This document shows, piece by piece, positions 22,212 through 31,855 of a stretch of DNA of 64,000 nucleotides. Every line of letters begins with the position of its first letter. Within the stretch, counting starts at the first letter, position 1. The notes under the pieces were generated by a model, which did no database searches, had not been told where the DNA came from, and saw only the letters and a program-made list of their open reading frames with translations. Origin of the DNA: Candidatus Uhrbacteria bacterium (GTDB taxonomy: Bacteria; Patescibacteriota; Patescibacteriia; UBA9934); contig JABHCP010000011.1 of assembly GCA_018673485.1 (NCBI GenBank), positions 5,417 to 69,416 of the forward strand, read 5' to 3'. Position numbers and translations under genes: made by a program.

Positions 22212-23061
22212 ACTTTAGAACTATATAGATAAACCAACCGATTGAATATACGATGAAAGGCACGCTCAACCACTGGCCCATAGTAAGTCCGGCCTCGAGT
22301 GTGTGGTATTCCTTTACGAATTCGATGAGGAAACGTGTTGAAAAATAGAGAAAAATAAAAGTATGGGTCGGAACTAAATTGAAACCTCCCCACTTCCCCT
22401 GCCTCGCCGGCAGGCAGGCAAGGGGGGACAGAGGGGGGTTGCCGTCATTCGATTTCCTATACATCCACAGCAAAACTCCAAAGATCGCAAAAGCTATCAA
22501 CGCCTCATAAATCTGAGAAGGGTGCCGACCAATCGCACTGAGCTCGAAAAGAGGGAATTGCACTGCCCATGGCAGATCAGTAGCACGTCCAACAATCTCG
22601 GAGTTAAAGAAGTTACCGATACGAATAAACCCAGCAACAAGCGGAATCGGAACTACAAGCAGGTCAGCGTACCTGCGCCACTCGACCCTCCCCCTTCCCA
22701 AGGGGGAGCTGGAGGGGGTTGCCGTTATTCGCATGTAAACCACAAACGCGACTATCAATCCAAAAGTCATCCCATGACTCGACAACCCACCGTGATGGAT
22801 CATGATTACCTCGATTGGATTAGACAGGTAGTAATCGAGATTATAAAAAACAATGTGCCCGATGCGCGCACCAAGGAGTCCACCAATGGTAAGCCATACT
22901 CCGACATTTAAAGCATCATCTGGATTAAGTCCTCTAGATTTAAATAGTTTCATCAAAATCCACAGAGCCAAGCCAGCACTCATACCCAAGAATAGTCCGT
23001 ACCACCGGATTTCAAAAACGCCAACTTCCAGCAAAACTGGGTCGATATTGTTAATAAACAT
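22186..23061 (-). CDS. lgt: Prolipoprotein diacylglyceryl transferase with two in-frame repeat insertions
   Basis: IRWYG, GARIGH, GGLSSHG, RIGNFFNSE.VG, RHPSQ.YE, RF..EF.K, GQWLS. Confidence 0.93.
   Translation of the reverse strand: MFINNIDPVLLEVGVFEIRWYGLFLGMSAGLALWILMKLFKSRGLNPDDALNVGVWLTIGGLLGARIGHIVFYNLDYYLSNPIEVIMIHHGGLSSHGMTFGLIVAFVVYMRITATPSSSPLGRGRVEWRRYADLLVVPIPLVAGFIRIGNFFNSEIVGRATDLPWAVQFPLFELSAIGRHPSQIYEALIAFAIFGVLLWMYRKSNDGNPPLSPLACLPARQGKWGGFNLVPTHTFIFLYFSTRFLIEFVKEYHTLEAGLTMGQWLSVPFIVYSIGWFIYIVLKSPSFPRRG
22385..22447 (+). repeat. Repeat copy 3, in frame within lgt, with nested CCTGCC...GGCAGG palindrome
   Basis: Encodes DGNPPLSPLACLPARQGKWGG on the lgt strand; ends GGTTGCCGTCA. 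Confidence 0.8.
22686..22727 (+). repeat. Repeat copy 4, in frame within lgt
   Basis: CCCTCCCCCTTCCCAAGGGGGAGCTGGAGGGGGTTGCCGTTA; encodes TATPSSSPLGRGR on the lgt strand. Confidence 0.8.
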
Positions 23062-23063
23062 AT

Positions 23064-23279
23064 CTATAAAATTATAAACAAAGATGCGATCACGATCACA
23101 GCGGCGAGCACCATCGAGCAGCCTCCAGAGCGCTCAAAAAGCACTTTACGCGGGTGCGGAGCGCCAAAGCGCTTAATAGGTCGAAGTGGCCGACGTCTAA
23201 GCCCATGAAGCCTTTTCCTAGAACCTCTTCTGGGCCCTCCAACCTTACCTATCTTTCCCATCGGTCGATTACGTTTCAT
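23064..23279 (-). CDS. Small basic protein with C-terminal TM helix
   Basis: Arg/Lys-rich ORF directly upstream of lgt. Confidence 0.45.
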   Translation of the reverse strand: MKRNRPMGKIGKVGGPRRGSRKRLHGLRRRPLRPIKRFGAPHPRKVLFERSGGCSMVLAAVIVIASLFIIL

Positions 23280-23350
23280 ATAATTGAAGTATATCAAACT
23301 CTTGCTCTACCAACAGAACCATGATATAGTTTTCGCGCAATTCAAAACAA

Positions 23351-23425
23351 TCCGGGGTAGCTCAGCGGCAGAGCAGCTGACTGTTAATCAGCGGGTCGTG
23401 GGTTCGAACCCCACCCCCGGAGCCA
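23351..23425 (+). tRNA. tRNA-Asn (GTT)
   Basis: TCCGGGG acceptor stem, GCTGA-CTGTTAA-TCAGC anticodon arm, GGTTCGAACC, ends GCCA. Confidence 0.95.
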
Positions 23426-24961
23426 AGTGGAACGATCAGTAGAAGTGCTGATCGTTTTACTTTTGAGTGATGCTAAATCTAGCACGTAATTAAAAGGTTT
23501 TCTTAACTCAAAGACCAGTTCTCGATCCTTCATTTTCGGGTTCTGAACAAGGAAATTTATGAATTGCTGTTTTTCGTGCAATTCAGAACCGTCAAAGATT
23601 TCCTTAGCTCTGCGTGCAACAGAAAGTACTGTACCTACAGTTGTTTTATAGTCGTAGTCTGCTTTTGAGTGTTCTTCTAGTTCAATTCCGAGTTGCTGTA
23701 TGCGGTCATTGAGCTGCTGCAACTTTTTGTCATAGTCTTGCTTAGTAATACTCGGTTCTGGCTTTGTGATCTCATCTAAATAGAAGTCCAGTAACGCATC
23801 TTTTCTTTGCGTTAGCATATTGTGATCTTTTTGGATGCGTGCAACTTGTGCCTTGTGAAAACGTACTTCAGCCTCAGAGGTCTTTCTAAGCTCTTCTACG
23901 AGCTTCTGTTGGGTCTTTTCGGTTATTGTACCGAATCGATCGAGTAATTCATTTATCGGCTGTAGAAGAACTTCCTCATTCACGTATTGTCGTTTACAGT
24001 TACCCTTGGAATTGGTACAGCTATAGTAATTCCGTTTCCAGCCATTTTTTTTACGTTTTTCTTCTGGCGATATAGCACAGCCACAATCAGCACAGGTGAG
24101 TAGACCTGCAAAGATAAAATCCTTCGTTGGTTGCTTGCTACGAGTTTTTCTACGCTTATTACTCACATCCTTACATTTATCAAAGAGTTTTCTGTCAATG
24201 AGTCGAGAATATGGATGTGGGTGTCTTGAATCATACTTCTTAGAATAAAAAATTCCGTAATAATATGACTCGTTTAATATTCTGTGGATTGTGCTAGGTG
24301 AAAGAGGGTTTCCTTTTCTGCTTCTCAGTCCTAGATTCTCAACCTCAGCAGCGATAGATTTTAGTGAATGTAGACCCGTAGCGTACATTTCAAAGATTTT
24401 GATAATTAGGTGCGCACGTTTTGGATCAGGAATAATAGTTTTGTTACCAGATAAATCCTCTGTATTCAAATACCCAATAGGGCAATAGCCCATTGTTTCA
24501 CCTTTACGACGCTTTGTTTCAAATGCTCGCTTTACATTGTCCGAAATAACGTTCGAATAATAACCTGCCATTACGAGATTCATTTCGAAATGCGTTTTCT
24601 GACCAGCAGATAGATCTGAGTTAATAACTTGTCCATCAGAAACAAAATGAAGTTCAATCTTTCCAGCTTTAGCCTGTTCATAGAGTTCAGCAACTCTACG
24701 ATCAAAGATGTTTCTAGAAAAACGATCAACTTTGTCAAAACAGACGGCAATTTTTTCGTCCGTCTGTTTCAAATAGTCCAGTATCTTGTCAAATTCATCT
24801 CGTTTTGTTTTGTAGGCACTTTCGTCGAAACTGAATGTTTCTGCGACTTCAAATTGCTTTCTTTCGCAATAATCTTCGATGCGCTTAATCTGTGCTGGGA
24901 GTGAATTGCCAGCATCTTTTTGTTCTTCGGTAGATACCCGTGCGAGGATTACTGCTTTCAT
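23384..24961 (-). CDS. Large serine recombinase; its last 13 codons overlap tRNA-Asn on the antisense strand
   Basis: ARVST catalytic Ser, DKVDRFSR, recombinase domain, CADCG...YYSC Zn ribbon, coiled coil. Confidence 0.93.
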   Translation of the reverse strand: MKAVILARVSTEEQKDAGNSLPAQIKRIEDYCERKQFEVAETFSFDESAYKTKRDEFDKILDYLKQTDEKIAVCFDKVDRFSRNIFDRRVAELYEQAKAGKIELHFVSDGQVINSDLSAGQKTHFEMNLVMAGYYSNVISDNVKRAFETKRRKGETMGYCPIGYLNTEDLSGNKTIIPDPKRAHLIIKIFEMYATGLHSLKSIAAEVENLGLRSRKGNPLSPSTIHRILNESYYYGIFYSKKYDSRHPHPYSRLIDRKLFDKCKDVSNKRRKTRSKQPTKDFIFAGLLTCADCGCAISPEEKRKKNGWKRNYYSCTNSKGNCKRQYVNEEVLLQPINELLDRFGTITEKTQQKLVEELRKTSEAEVRFHKAQVARIQKDHNMLTQRKDALLDFYLDEITKPEPSITKQDYDKKLQQLNDRIQQLGIELEEHSKADYDYKTTVGTVLSVARRAKEIFDGSELHEKQQFINFLVQNPKMKDRELVFELRKPFNYVLDLASLKSKTISTSTDRSTWLRGWGSNPRPAD

Positions 24962-26115
24962 AATTTCAAAAGGTTTTCAAGGAAGTCATTGCCGTTATTC
25001 AAATCAATAGCATTGTTTGGTTTCTTGATAAGTTTTCGTATTGTTTCTCCTTTGAATTGCGTAACGCCACGAGAATTTCTGCCCGCCCAATGTTTTAATA
25101 CGATTGTATTTTTTAGAAGGTCTTTTTGGAAAATTGATACAAGTACCTGATTAGCGATCCCGTCTGGCTCAATGCCTATAAAGTAGAAAAGGAAGACACT
25201 TTGTTCTTTAGAAAGAAATTCAAGTAATTTATCGATATTGTAGGCCTTTGGATTTGAATTTAGAACAAGAACCTTTGTTTTAATGTCTGTACACGTCTTA
25301 AAGTCATCAAAATTTCGCAAATAATCACCAAGTTGGTTGTTGGTGGAAAATTTCTTTACCTTAGTACTTTGATCTTTAATAGCTTTTACTATTTCCTGCT
25401 TTACGTTATCGTCGTTGCCCGCTATTAGATATTCAATAAGTCGCCCTCTGAGATTCACGTTCTCAATGAAGCTAGCTAGGAGGATTTCATTTCTGTATTT
25501 ATTACATCGCTCGTCAAGATCTTTTTTGAGAGTCAAGTAATCATTAGAATGTGAAAAATCGATCGATCGTTCTACTGCATTTGTAATATTACTTAATTCT
25601 TCTGAATCAGGCTGAAACTTCCTTCCACTTGCAACGATATCATTGGTAGCCGAAACCAGCCTTGCCAGATTTCCTTCAAAGCCAATCTCTTTATGGATTG
25701 CAAATAGCTCATCAAAATTGCTTGGCTCATTCGAGATTCCATTAAATGTCTTTTCAATATCAGAACCATTAAAGCTACCCCTGATATTATCGATTCTCAG
25801 CTCTTGAGAACTGTGACTAATTTTTTTCAGAAATGTAGAATTTGCCAGCATTAGGTAGTTTTTTTCAGGGGTAGCAAGGCAGACTATAAAAGGAAGTTCA
25901 TCGAATTTATGAAGGTTAGATAGAGATAGAACCGTGTTTGAAAAACTTTTACTTTTAGATGAACTGAACCTGATTGCAAATTCATCATTGTAATATACAG
26001 ACCTGTCTTTTGTTAGTGAAAACCTTTCCGAAACAAGCTTAGCTAGGCTAGATTTATTCATCTTGCCTGCACTGCCGTTTATTACCTCTAATAGGTCTTT
26101 TATAAAATTCATCAT
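24958..26115 (-). CDS. Putative type II restriction endonuclease
   Basis: Directly downstream of MTase; GD...TDIKTK PD-(D/E)xK-like motif. Confidence 0.55.
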   Translation of the reverse strand: MMNFIKDLLEVINGSAGKMNKSSLAKLVSERFSLTKDRSVYYNDEFAIRFSSSKSKSFSNTVLSLSNLHKFDELPFIVCLATPEKNYLMLANSTFLKKISHSSQELRIDNIRGSFNGSDIEKTFNGISNEPSNFDELFAIHKEIGFEGNLARLVSATNDIVASGRKFQPDSEELSNITNAVERSIDFSHSNDYLTLKKDLDERCNKYRNEILLASFIENVNLRGRLIEYLIAGNDDNVKQEIVKAIKDQSTKVKKFSTNNQLGDYLRNFDDFKTCTDIKTKVLVLNSNPKAYNIDKLLEFLSKEQSVFLFYFIGIEPDGIANQVLVSIFQKDLLKNTIVLKHWAGRNSRGVTQFKGETIRKLIKKPNNAIDLNNGNDFLENLLKL

Positions 26116-26117
26116 AT

Positions 26118-27056
26118 TTATTTCTGATCAGACAAGGAATTGCGTTCCCAAAACACACCGTCTTTATATCCTTGAATATCTGGTGATTCATCGGCCATGG
26201 TCAACCTTTTTTCAGCCAAGCAACAATATTCCTCGTTTAATTCAATTCCTATATATTTTCTACCAAGCTTTTTGGCAACAACGGCAGTTGTGCCTGATCC
26301 GATAAATGGATCTAAAACTAAATCATTTTCATTGGTTGAAGCTAATATGGTTTTAGCGACAAGCTTTTCTGGTTTTTGAGTTGGGTGATCGGTATTTTCT
26401 GGCATTGACCAAAAGGGGATCGTTATATCCGTCCATAAGTTGGAAGGGTGTGTGAGTCTGAATTTCTGACCTGCTTCGTGTTGCCAATCTTTCGCTTCTC
26501 CATTGACACGATAAGGTGCAATGACTTTTCTTTTAAGTTTCACAGCATCAACATTGAAAATATAGTCACTAGATAATGTTGCAAACCAGACATCTTCAGA
26601 ACAATTTTTCCAGTTTGATTTAGCTCCTCTACCTTTTTCACGTTCCCAAGTTATTCGGTTCTGCACGATTACATGCCTCTTCAGTACATTAAAAATCGCT
26701 TGAGACGTTTTCCAATCACAACAAACATAAATGGAGGCTGTCGTCTTTAATTTTGGTAAAAGTAGAAGAAACCAATTTTCAAAGATACTTTCATATTTTG
26801 ACTGTTTTGTTTGTTTGAACGTGTTGTTACCATAGTCCTTTGTGAGGTTGTATGGCGGATCGAGAAACAGGAGATCGACAGAATTATCCTCAACCAATCC
26901 AATCCCATCTTCCATGCTAAGATTGATAATCTTATTGAGTGGACTAGTATTCTTGCTGGATTTTGAGAGTAAATGTTTTTTTAGATCGCTTATTTCTTCT
27001 TCAGCAACGAATGTAGTCCGATTATTTTTTGCCCGTTTTTTTTCGTAATTTTTCAT
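26118..27056 (-). CDS. Site-specific DNA methyltransferase (N4-C/N6-A, beta class)
   Basis: DPPY, HPTQKPE, VLDPFIGSGTT, GIEL. Confidence 0.93.
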   Translation of the reverse strand: MKNYEKKRAKNNRTTFVAEEEISDLKKHLLSKSSKNTSPLNKIINLSMEDGIGLVEDNSVDLLFLDPPYNLTKDYGNNTFKQTKQSKYESIFENWFLLLLPKLKTTASIYVCCDWKTSQAIFNVLKRHVIVQNRITWEREKGRGAKSNWKNCSEDVWFATLSSDYIFNVDAVKLKRKVIAPYRVNGEAKDWQHEAGQKFRLTHPSNLWTDITIPFWSMPENTDHPTQKPEKLVAKTILASTNENDLVLDPFIGSGTTAVVAKKLGRKYIGIELNEEYCCLAEKRLTMADESPDIQGYKDGVFWERNSLSDQK

Positions 27057-27060
27057 AATG

Positions 27061-27240
27061 TTACTTTTTTGAATCCTCTAAAAATTTACTAAAATCCTTC
27101 TTCATAATTCTGTATTCTTTACCAATCTTATAAGCATTTAGTCTCCTTGATTTTATGTATCGGTAGATTGTCATGATATTAACCTGCAATAGCTCTGCAA
27201 GATCTTCGGCTTTATAGAACTCTTTTTCTTTCTTGGCCAT
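27061..27240 (-). CDS. Excisionase-like HTH DNA-binding protein (59 aa, absent from ORF track)
   Basis: MAKKEKEFYKAEDLAELLQVNIMTIYRYIKSRRLNAYKIGKEYRI... Confidence 0.85.
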   Translation of the reverse strand: MAKKEKEFYKAEDLAELLQVNIMTIYRYIKSRRLNAYKIGKEYRIMKKDFSKFLEDSKK

Positions 27241-27256
27241 ACTCTAATATTATACT

Positions 27257-27520
27257 TTACTTTTCTTTACAGAGCCAGTTATCTAAAACCCCTTTGCCAT
27301 TCTTAAAATCTTCGTCAATGTCATCCCATTGACCGTCCGAGTTGTCGATAGCATCTTTTCCAGCGTGGTACATCATGTCCATGACCGCTGAATCGACCTT
27401 CTCATTTTCTATCAAGGCCATTTTCATTCTATTTAGTTCAAGGGGACTTAGACGTCTGTCTAGATTAGCCTCAAGAAAATCCTGAGCATAGTCCTCCCAT
27501 AGATAAAATAAGCAATCCAT
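27257..27520 (-). CDS. Hypothetical protein
   Basis: 87-aa ORF in operon. Confidence 0.55.
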   Translation of the reverse strand: MDCLFYLWEDYAQDFLEANLDRRLSPLELNRMKMALIENEKVDSAVMDMMYHAGKDAIDNSDGQWDDIDEDFKNGKGVLDNWLCKEK

Positions 27521-27523
27521 ATA

Positions 27524-28642
27524 TTATTTGTTAATTCTTAATGGTTTATAGTTATTTATTTGATACTCTAAGTCTTTTACCCAATTGCGCAATCTGCCAG
27601 CTGACACAATCTCGCTTATTGATCTATATTCACAAATAAGCCTACTCCAAGTTCGAGTGTCAGCTTTTTTACATATAACCTCTCTCAGTTCCCGTAATCC
27701 GTTGCTTGATTGAGCCATGAGGATTATGCCAGTTAGAAAGATTAGCTGCTTTGGCTTTGTGCTTGGCTTATTGGCGGAGATTCGTTTTAGAAGTTCAATT
27801 GGACTTAATTCAAGCATGAATGAAGCCAAATTTTTTGATTTAACAATATTATTCCAATAGGTCATTAAGACTTCATTGCTAATTTTTGAGCTGAATATAT
27901 CCTTAAAGCATGGGTTCTGCGTAAGTTTAAGTTGCCTAAATACTGAATTCATTTTCTGCTTCTTAGATAGCCTGACCTCCATTCGCAGTACCTCTCTAGC
28001 ATCATTCCTGTTTTTCAGCTCATCAAATAGACTTGTTTGATAGGCTGTTCGATCACGGTCGATTGCTCGTTTTTTACCTTTATTCAAGTCAGCTATTTTG
28101 TCGTAAAAAACTAGTTCATGTGAAGATGTGTGGCAGCAAAGACTTTGACCATCATTGATATATCTAGCTCTTGCGAAATCAAAGCTCTTTCTTAAATCGA
28201 TCCGTCCTATTTGTGAAAGTATGTTCGTTGAAGTTTGCCCTCCCGACAGCATGATATTTCGGCTGTAATGCACAGATGTCACAGGGGCTTCAATTAAGTA
28301 CTTTTTGAATATGGTGACTCCCATACGTCGTAGCCTGTCTTGCAAAGTATCAATGACTTGATCAAAATCCTTATCTGCAAGTTCGTCAAGATTATTTAAG
28401 AAAAGTAGCTTTGGTGCAGAGAATTCAATTTTAATTTGCTGTTCAGGTTGGTATTTTCTGCTATATGCAGTAATTCTAGGGAAGTAAAGTCCAGTATCCT
28501 TTTCGGATTTAGAAGGGTTTCTTACATGTTTCGTGTAATGCTCAGTCCGTGAATATAAATTCCAATTGGGAATCATATTATTGTTTTCATCCATAAGAAT
28601 GATGTTTCGCTCAGGAATGCTCAGACATACGGTATCAATCAT
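27524..28642 (-). CDS. Putative rolling-circle replication initiator (phage gpII/X, CRI-like)
   Basis: MIDT, IEFSAPKLL..NN, LVFYDK, LRMEVRL motifs. Confidence 0.65.
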   Translation of the reverse strand: MIDTVCLSIPERNIILMDENNNMIPNWNLYSRTEHYTKHVRNPSKSEKDTGLYFPRITAYSRKYQPEQQIKIEFSAPKLLFLNNLDELADKDFDQVIDTLQDRLRRMGVTIFKKYLIEAPVTSVHYSRNIMLSGGQTSTNILSQIGRIDLRKSFDFARARYINDGQSLCCHTSSHELVFYDKIADLNKGKKRAIDRDRTAYQTSLFDELKNRNDAREVLRMEVRLSKKQKMNSVFRQLKLTQNPCFKDIFSSKISNEVLMTYWNNIVKSKNLASFMLELSPIELLKRISANKPSTKPKQLIFLTGIILMAQSSNGLRELREVICKKADTRTWSRLICEYRSISEIVSAGRLRNWVKDLEYQINNYKPLRINK

Positions 28643-28769
28643 AAGATTCAGGGTTAATTCTCTTGTCTACGGATATCAAGAGATCGAAGAAGCTAACTAA
28701 AGACTCAAAATCAGGTGCTTCTGATTCATCTTCAATATCTTTAGGTTGTTCTTCTTGTTGATTTAACAT
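28635..28769 (-). CDS. Small hypothetical protein (44 aa), overlapping the Rep start
   Basis: MLNQQEEQPK...FFDLLISVDKRINPESYD; ATGATTGA overlap. Confidence 0.5.
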   Translation of the reverse strand: MLNQQEEQPKDIEDESEAPDFESLVSFFDLLISVDKRINPESYD

Positions 28770-28842
28770 AAAAGCCAAGAGCTTTTGCTCCCAGCTTAAA
28801 TGAACGGCTATTTATAAATGTTTGTCTTAATTTATAAACGAT

Positions 28843-29997
28843 TTATAAATCTGGATTTTTATATCGGGGATTGATTCTAAATTTCATAGTTGACCCTTCG
28901 ATGAAATCATCAATTCCTGTAATTCGGTCAACCTCATCATTTATTTTACTCTTTGCGTAATATACTTTATTTTTTGAAGCACGTTGTCGATCATCCTTGG
29001 TGAGACCCCAATCTTCTAAGATTTCTCCACGTTCCATCCATTCATCGTCCTCAGCTTTCATTAAAGATTCCATTAGCCTAGCTGCATCGGTCTTTTTATT
29101 TCCTTTTTGCAGCAAGATCTCCTCATCTGCGAAAGTAATCCGACCCGAATCCTCATCGTAGCATTCAACAACTTGAGAGGGATTATCTTTACGATAGTTG
29201 GAGTCAAGCTCATAAATAAATATATCATTTAATACGAGATTGATTTTGATTCTGCGAATGTCGTCTTTTCTCGCATACTCTTTTTCTGGCCAAAAATCTT
29301 GCACTCCCAAATAGCCCATTTTCTCTAAAGCAAAACAGATCTGTAGCAGTGAAAAGTCGGGCAATGTTTTTGGATTACCGTAGTTGTCAATTTCATCTGA
29401 GACTATAAAGTTATATCCGTAGGTAGTTAGCATTTTTTCCTTCTCGATCTTACGCATTAAAACAAATTTCTGCATCTCAAAAGCGTAAAAATTCTTTCTA
29501 TCAACTAAAAGCCTATCCTCTACAAAGTCCTCCAAGTATTCATCAATTTTCTTGCCTAGTTTAGCTAGAGCCTCCTTGTCTATATTTTTCACTTCAAAAA
29601 CAGCTTTTTTGTAAACTTCCACCCAGACCCAAGAAAGCTGACTGACACGATCTATCGATATAGGCTTTGATTGCTTGATTAGCTCTAAGGTTTTATCAAT
29701 TTCTTTACGTTGTTTATTATTCTTCTTTGCCAATTCATCCGCATCTAATCTTGATTCTATATCAGCAACCTTTCTCACAGTTACTTTCAAATTGAGGCTA
29801 CGGCAAATATTTTCAATATCGCAATAAACGGTTCCTGGATCCTCACCATAATATCGTAAATCCCATAGGGTAAATCCATGCTTCGTTTTGGGGTACTCGC
29901 TCTCACTTTCTTTCTTTTCACTACAAAAATCATAAAGGCACCTAAACCTAAAGAACCTTTCGTCTGTTAGAAATTTTTTGCTATATTCAAAGCTCAT
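28843..29997 (-). CDS. Hypothetical protein, possible C-terminal winged HTH
   Basis: 384-aa ORF; C-terminal pattern resembles OmpR-type wHTH. Confidence 0.6.
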   Translation of the reverse strand: MSFEYSKKFLTDERFFRFRCLYDFCSEKKESESEYPKTKHGFTLWDLRYYGEDPGTVYCDIENICRSLNLKVTVRKVADIESRLDADELAKKNNKQRKEIDKTLELIKQSKPISIDRVSQLSWVWVEVYKKAVFEVKNIDKEALAKLGKKIDEYLEDFVEDRLLVDRKNFYAFEMQKFVLMRKIEKEKMLTTYGYNFIVSDEIDNYGNPKTLPDFSLLQICFALEKMGYLGVQDFWPEKEYARKDDIRRIKINLVLNDIFIYELDSNYRKDNPSQVVECYDEDSGRITFADEEILLQKGNKKTDAARLMESLMKAEDDEWMERGEILEDWGLTKDDRQRASKNKVYYAKSKINDEVDRITGIDDFIEGSTMKFRINPRYKNPDL

Positions 29998-30045
29998 GGC
30001 TATACTTTACTCCATGCAGTAAACAATAGTAAAGTATAGATCAAT

Positions 30046-31530
30046 ATGCACATCACAAAAACTGACTATCTTGAATATACCTATTGCAAAAAGAATCTCT
30101 GGCTTAAAAAGTATAAACCAGAGCTTTTTGATGGAGTTGAGCTATCCGAGTTTGAGAAGAAGATTATAAAAGAAGGTAATGATGCGGATGAAGCGGCTCG
30201 GAATTTGTTTCCTGATGGTGAATTAGTAGAAATAGTAGGAGTAAATGGCATTCCAATAACAAAAGTATTTCTAGCTAGGAATACATCAACTATCTTTCAA
30301 GGAGCTTTTGAGCATGATGAATTCTTCATTCAAGCTGATGTATTGAAATATAACGATGTTTTGAAAGGTTGGGAGTTGTATGAGGTTAAGGCGACTAATG
30401 ACGTCAAAAGAACTATTCCGCATCATCATGTAAACGACTTGGCTTTTCAGAAGACTGTTATTGAAAATAACGGCGTAGAAATCGTGAAGGCTGGAGTCAT
30501 ACACCTTAATGGCGAGTATAGAAAGCTAAAGAAAGTGAATTACGATGAGCTATTTATTATTGCAGATTTAACAGATGAGGTGCTTGAGGCTCAAGATGAG
30601 GTTAAGCAACAAATGGCTGACCTGAAAACCTATTTGCACATGCCAGAGGAGAAGGGTTGTGAATGCTTGTACAGAGGAAATAATGCTCAATGTACGACTT
30701 TTGAATATTCAAATCCAGACGTGCCAGAGTATTCAGTCCATAATATAAATAGAATTGGTGGAAGTAAAAAGCTGTTTTACGACTGGATTGATCGGGGGAT
30801 ATACCATATTGCAGATATAGATAATCCTGAGAAGCTCACAGGCGCTAAAAAAGCGCAGTATAACGCTTACATGGCTGGAAAGCCGACAGTTGACCATGGA
30901 GCGATAAAAGAAGCGTTAGACGGGCTTACATTCCCTTTGCAGTTCTTTGACTATGAGGGATACTCAAGTGCCATTCCTAGATTTAGAGGCTTTGGTGCAT
31001 ATGAGCAAGTTCCTTTTCAATACTCACTCCATATTTTGCATGAAGACGGTAAGTTGGAGCATAAAGAATACCTAATTACCGATCCGCAAGACGATCTGAC
31101 TCTGCCTTTGATTGAGCAGATGAAAAAAGACTTTGATGAAAATGGCTCGGTAATTTCATGGTACAAGTCTTACGAGTCTCAACGCAATAATAAACTTGCT
31201 GAGCTTCATCCTAATCATGCTGATTTTCTTGAAGCGATGAACGACAGGATGTTTGACTTGATGACGATATTCTCAAAAAATATGTACGTCGACGCTGCAT
31301 TTAAGGGTAGCGCTAGTATTAAGAATGTTTTACCAGTGCTGGTACCTGAGTTGTCTTATAACGCTCTGAATGTACAAAAAGGTGATCAGGCCGTTGAGCG
31401 TTGGGAGAAGATGATCGACTCGAATACACCTAAGGAAGAAAAAGAGCAAATCGCCAAAGATTTGCTCGAATATTGTAAGCTAGACACGATGGCCATGGTT
31501 GAAATTTATAGGTTTTTACTGAGACTGTGA
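30046..31530 (+). CDS. DUF2779 protein (N-terminal PD-(D/E)xK-like, C-terminal RNase H/DnaQ-like)
   Basis: ADVL...LYEVKA..DLAFQ; FFDYEG, QVPFQYSLH, SIKNVLP, YCKLDT. Confidence 0.8.
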   Translation: MHITKTDYLEYTYCKKNLWLKKYKPELFDGVELSEFEKKIIKEGNDADEAARNLFPDGELVEIVGVNGIPITKVFLARNTSTIFQGAFEHDEFFIQADVLKYNDVLKGWELYEVKATNDVKRTIPHHHVNDLAFQKTVIENNGVEIVKAGVIHLNGEYRKLKKVNYDELFIIADLTDEVLEAQDEVKQQMADLKTYLHMPEEKGCECLYRGNNAQCTTFEYSNPDVPEYSVHNINRIGGSKKLFYDWIDRGIYHIADIDNPEKLTGAKKAQYNAYMAGKPTVDHGAIKEALDGLTFPLQFFDYEGYSSAIPRFRGFGAYEQVPFQYSLHILHEDGKLEHKEYLITDPQDDLTLPLIEQMKKDFDENGSVISWYKSYESQRNNKLAELHPNHADFLEAMNDRMFDLMTIFSKNMYVDAAFKGSASIKNVLPVLVPELSYNALNVQKGDQAVERWEKMIDSNTPKEEKEQIAKDLLEYCKLDTMAMVEIYRFLLRL

Positions 31531-31594
31531 TGTGTAAAAAATACGTCAGGCCGCTAATTCTCCCAGTATATAAATATTAATAAAAGTATTTACT

Positions 31595-31828
31595 ATGATA
31601 AAAAAGAATCCATTTAAGGCCTATCTTGAGGCCAATAATCTAACGGCATACAAGGTTACCAAGGTAGTTCCATCGGAGTTTTGCGCTACCATCTATCGAC
31701 TAGCCACTCTTAAGTACCCCAGTGAATTGTCCCGCAAAAAAATAGAAGTGATCGCAATGCTTAAATGTAAAACGGGGGTCGATATGTTTGAGTGGTATGT
31801 AGAGTATCTTAAAGATCAGGAAAAATAA
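31595..31828 (+). CDS. Small hypothetical protein, possible HTH
   Basis: 77-aa ORF. Confidence 0.45.
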   Translation: MIKKNPFKAYLEANNLTAYKVTKVVPSEFCATIYRLATLKYPSELSRKKIEVIAMLKCKTGVDMFEWYVEYLKDQEK

Positions 31829-31855
31829 GTTTATCTAGAATATCAATTCTTAATT

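Noticed and set aside
26118-27056. Element MTase as the cause of the CGATCG palindromes
   Set aside because: Specificity cannot be read from the sequence, and the palindromes lie outside this apparently mobile element.
30046-31530. DUF2779 gene as cas4 of a CRISPR system
   Set aside because: No other cas genes or arrays; the domain layout fits stand-alone DUF2779 proteins.
31548-31570. Degenerate copy of the sequence upstream of R1 (CCGCTAATTCTCCCAGT vs GGCTCTAATTCTTGCCAGT)
   Set aside because: Short and lacks both the arm and the core; cannot be distinguished from chance.
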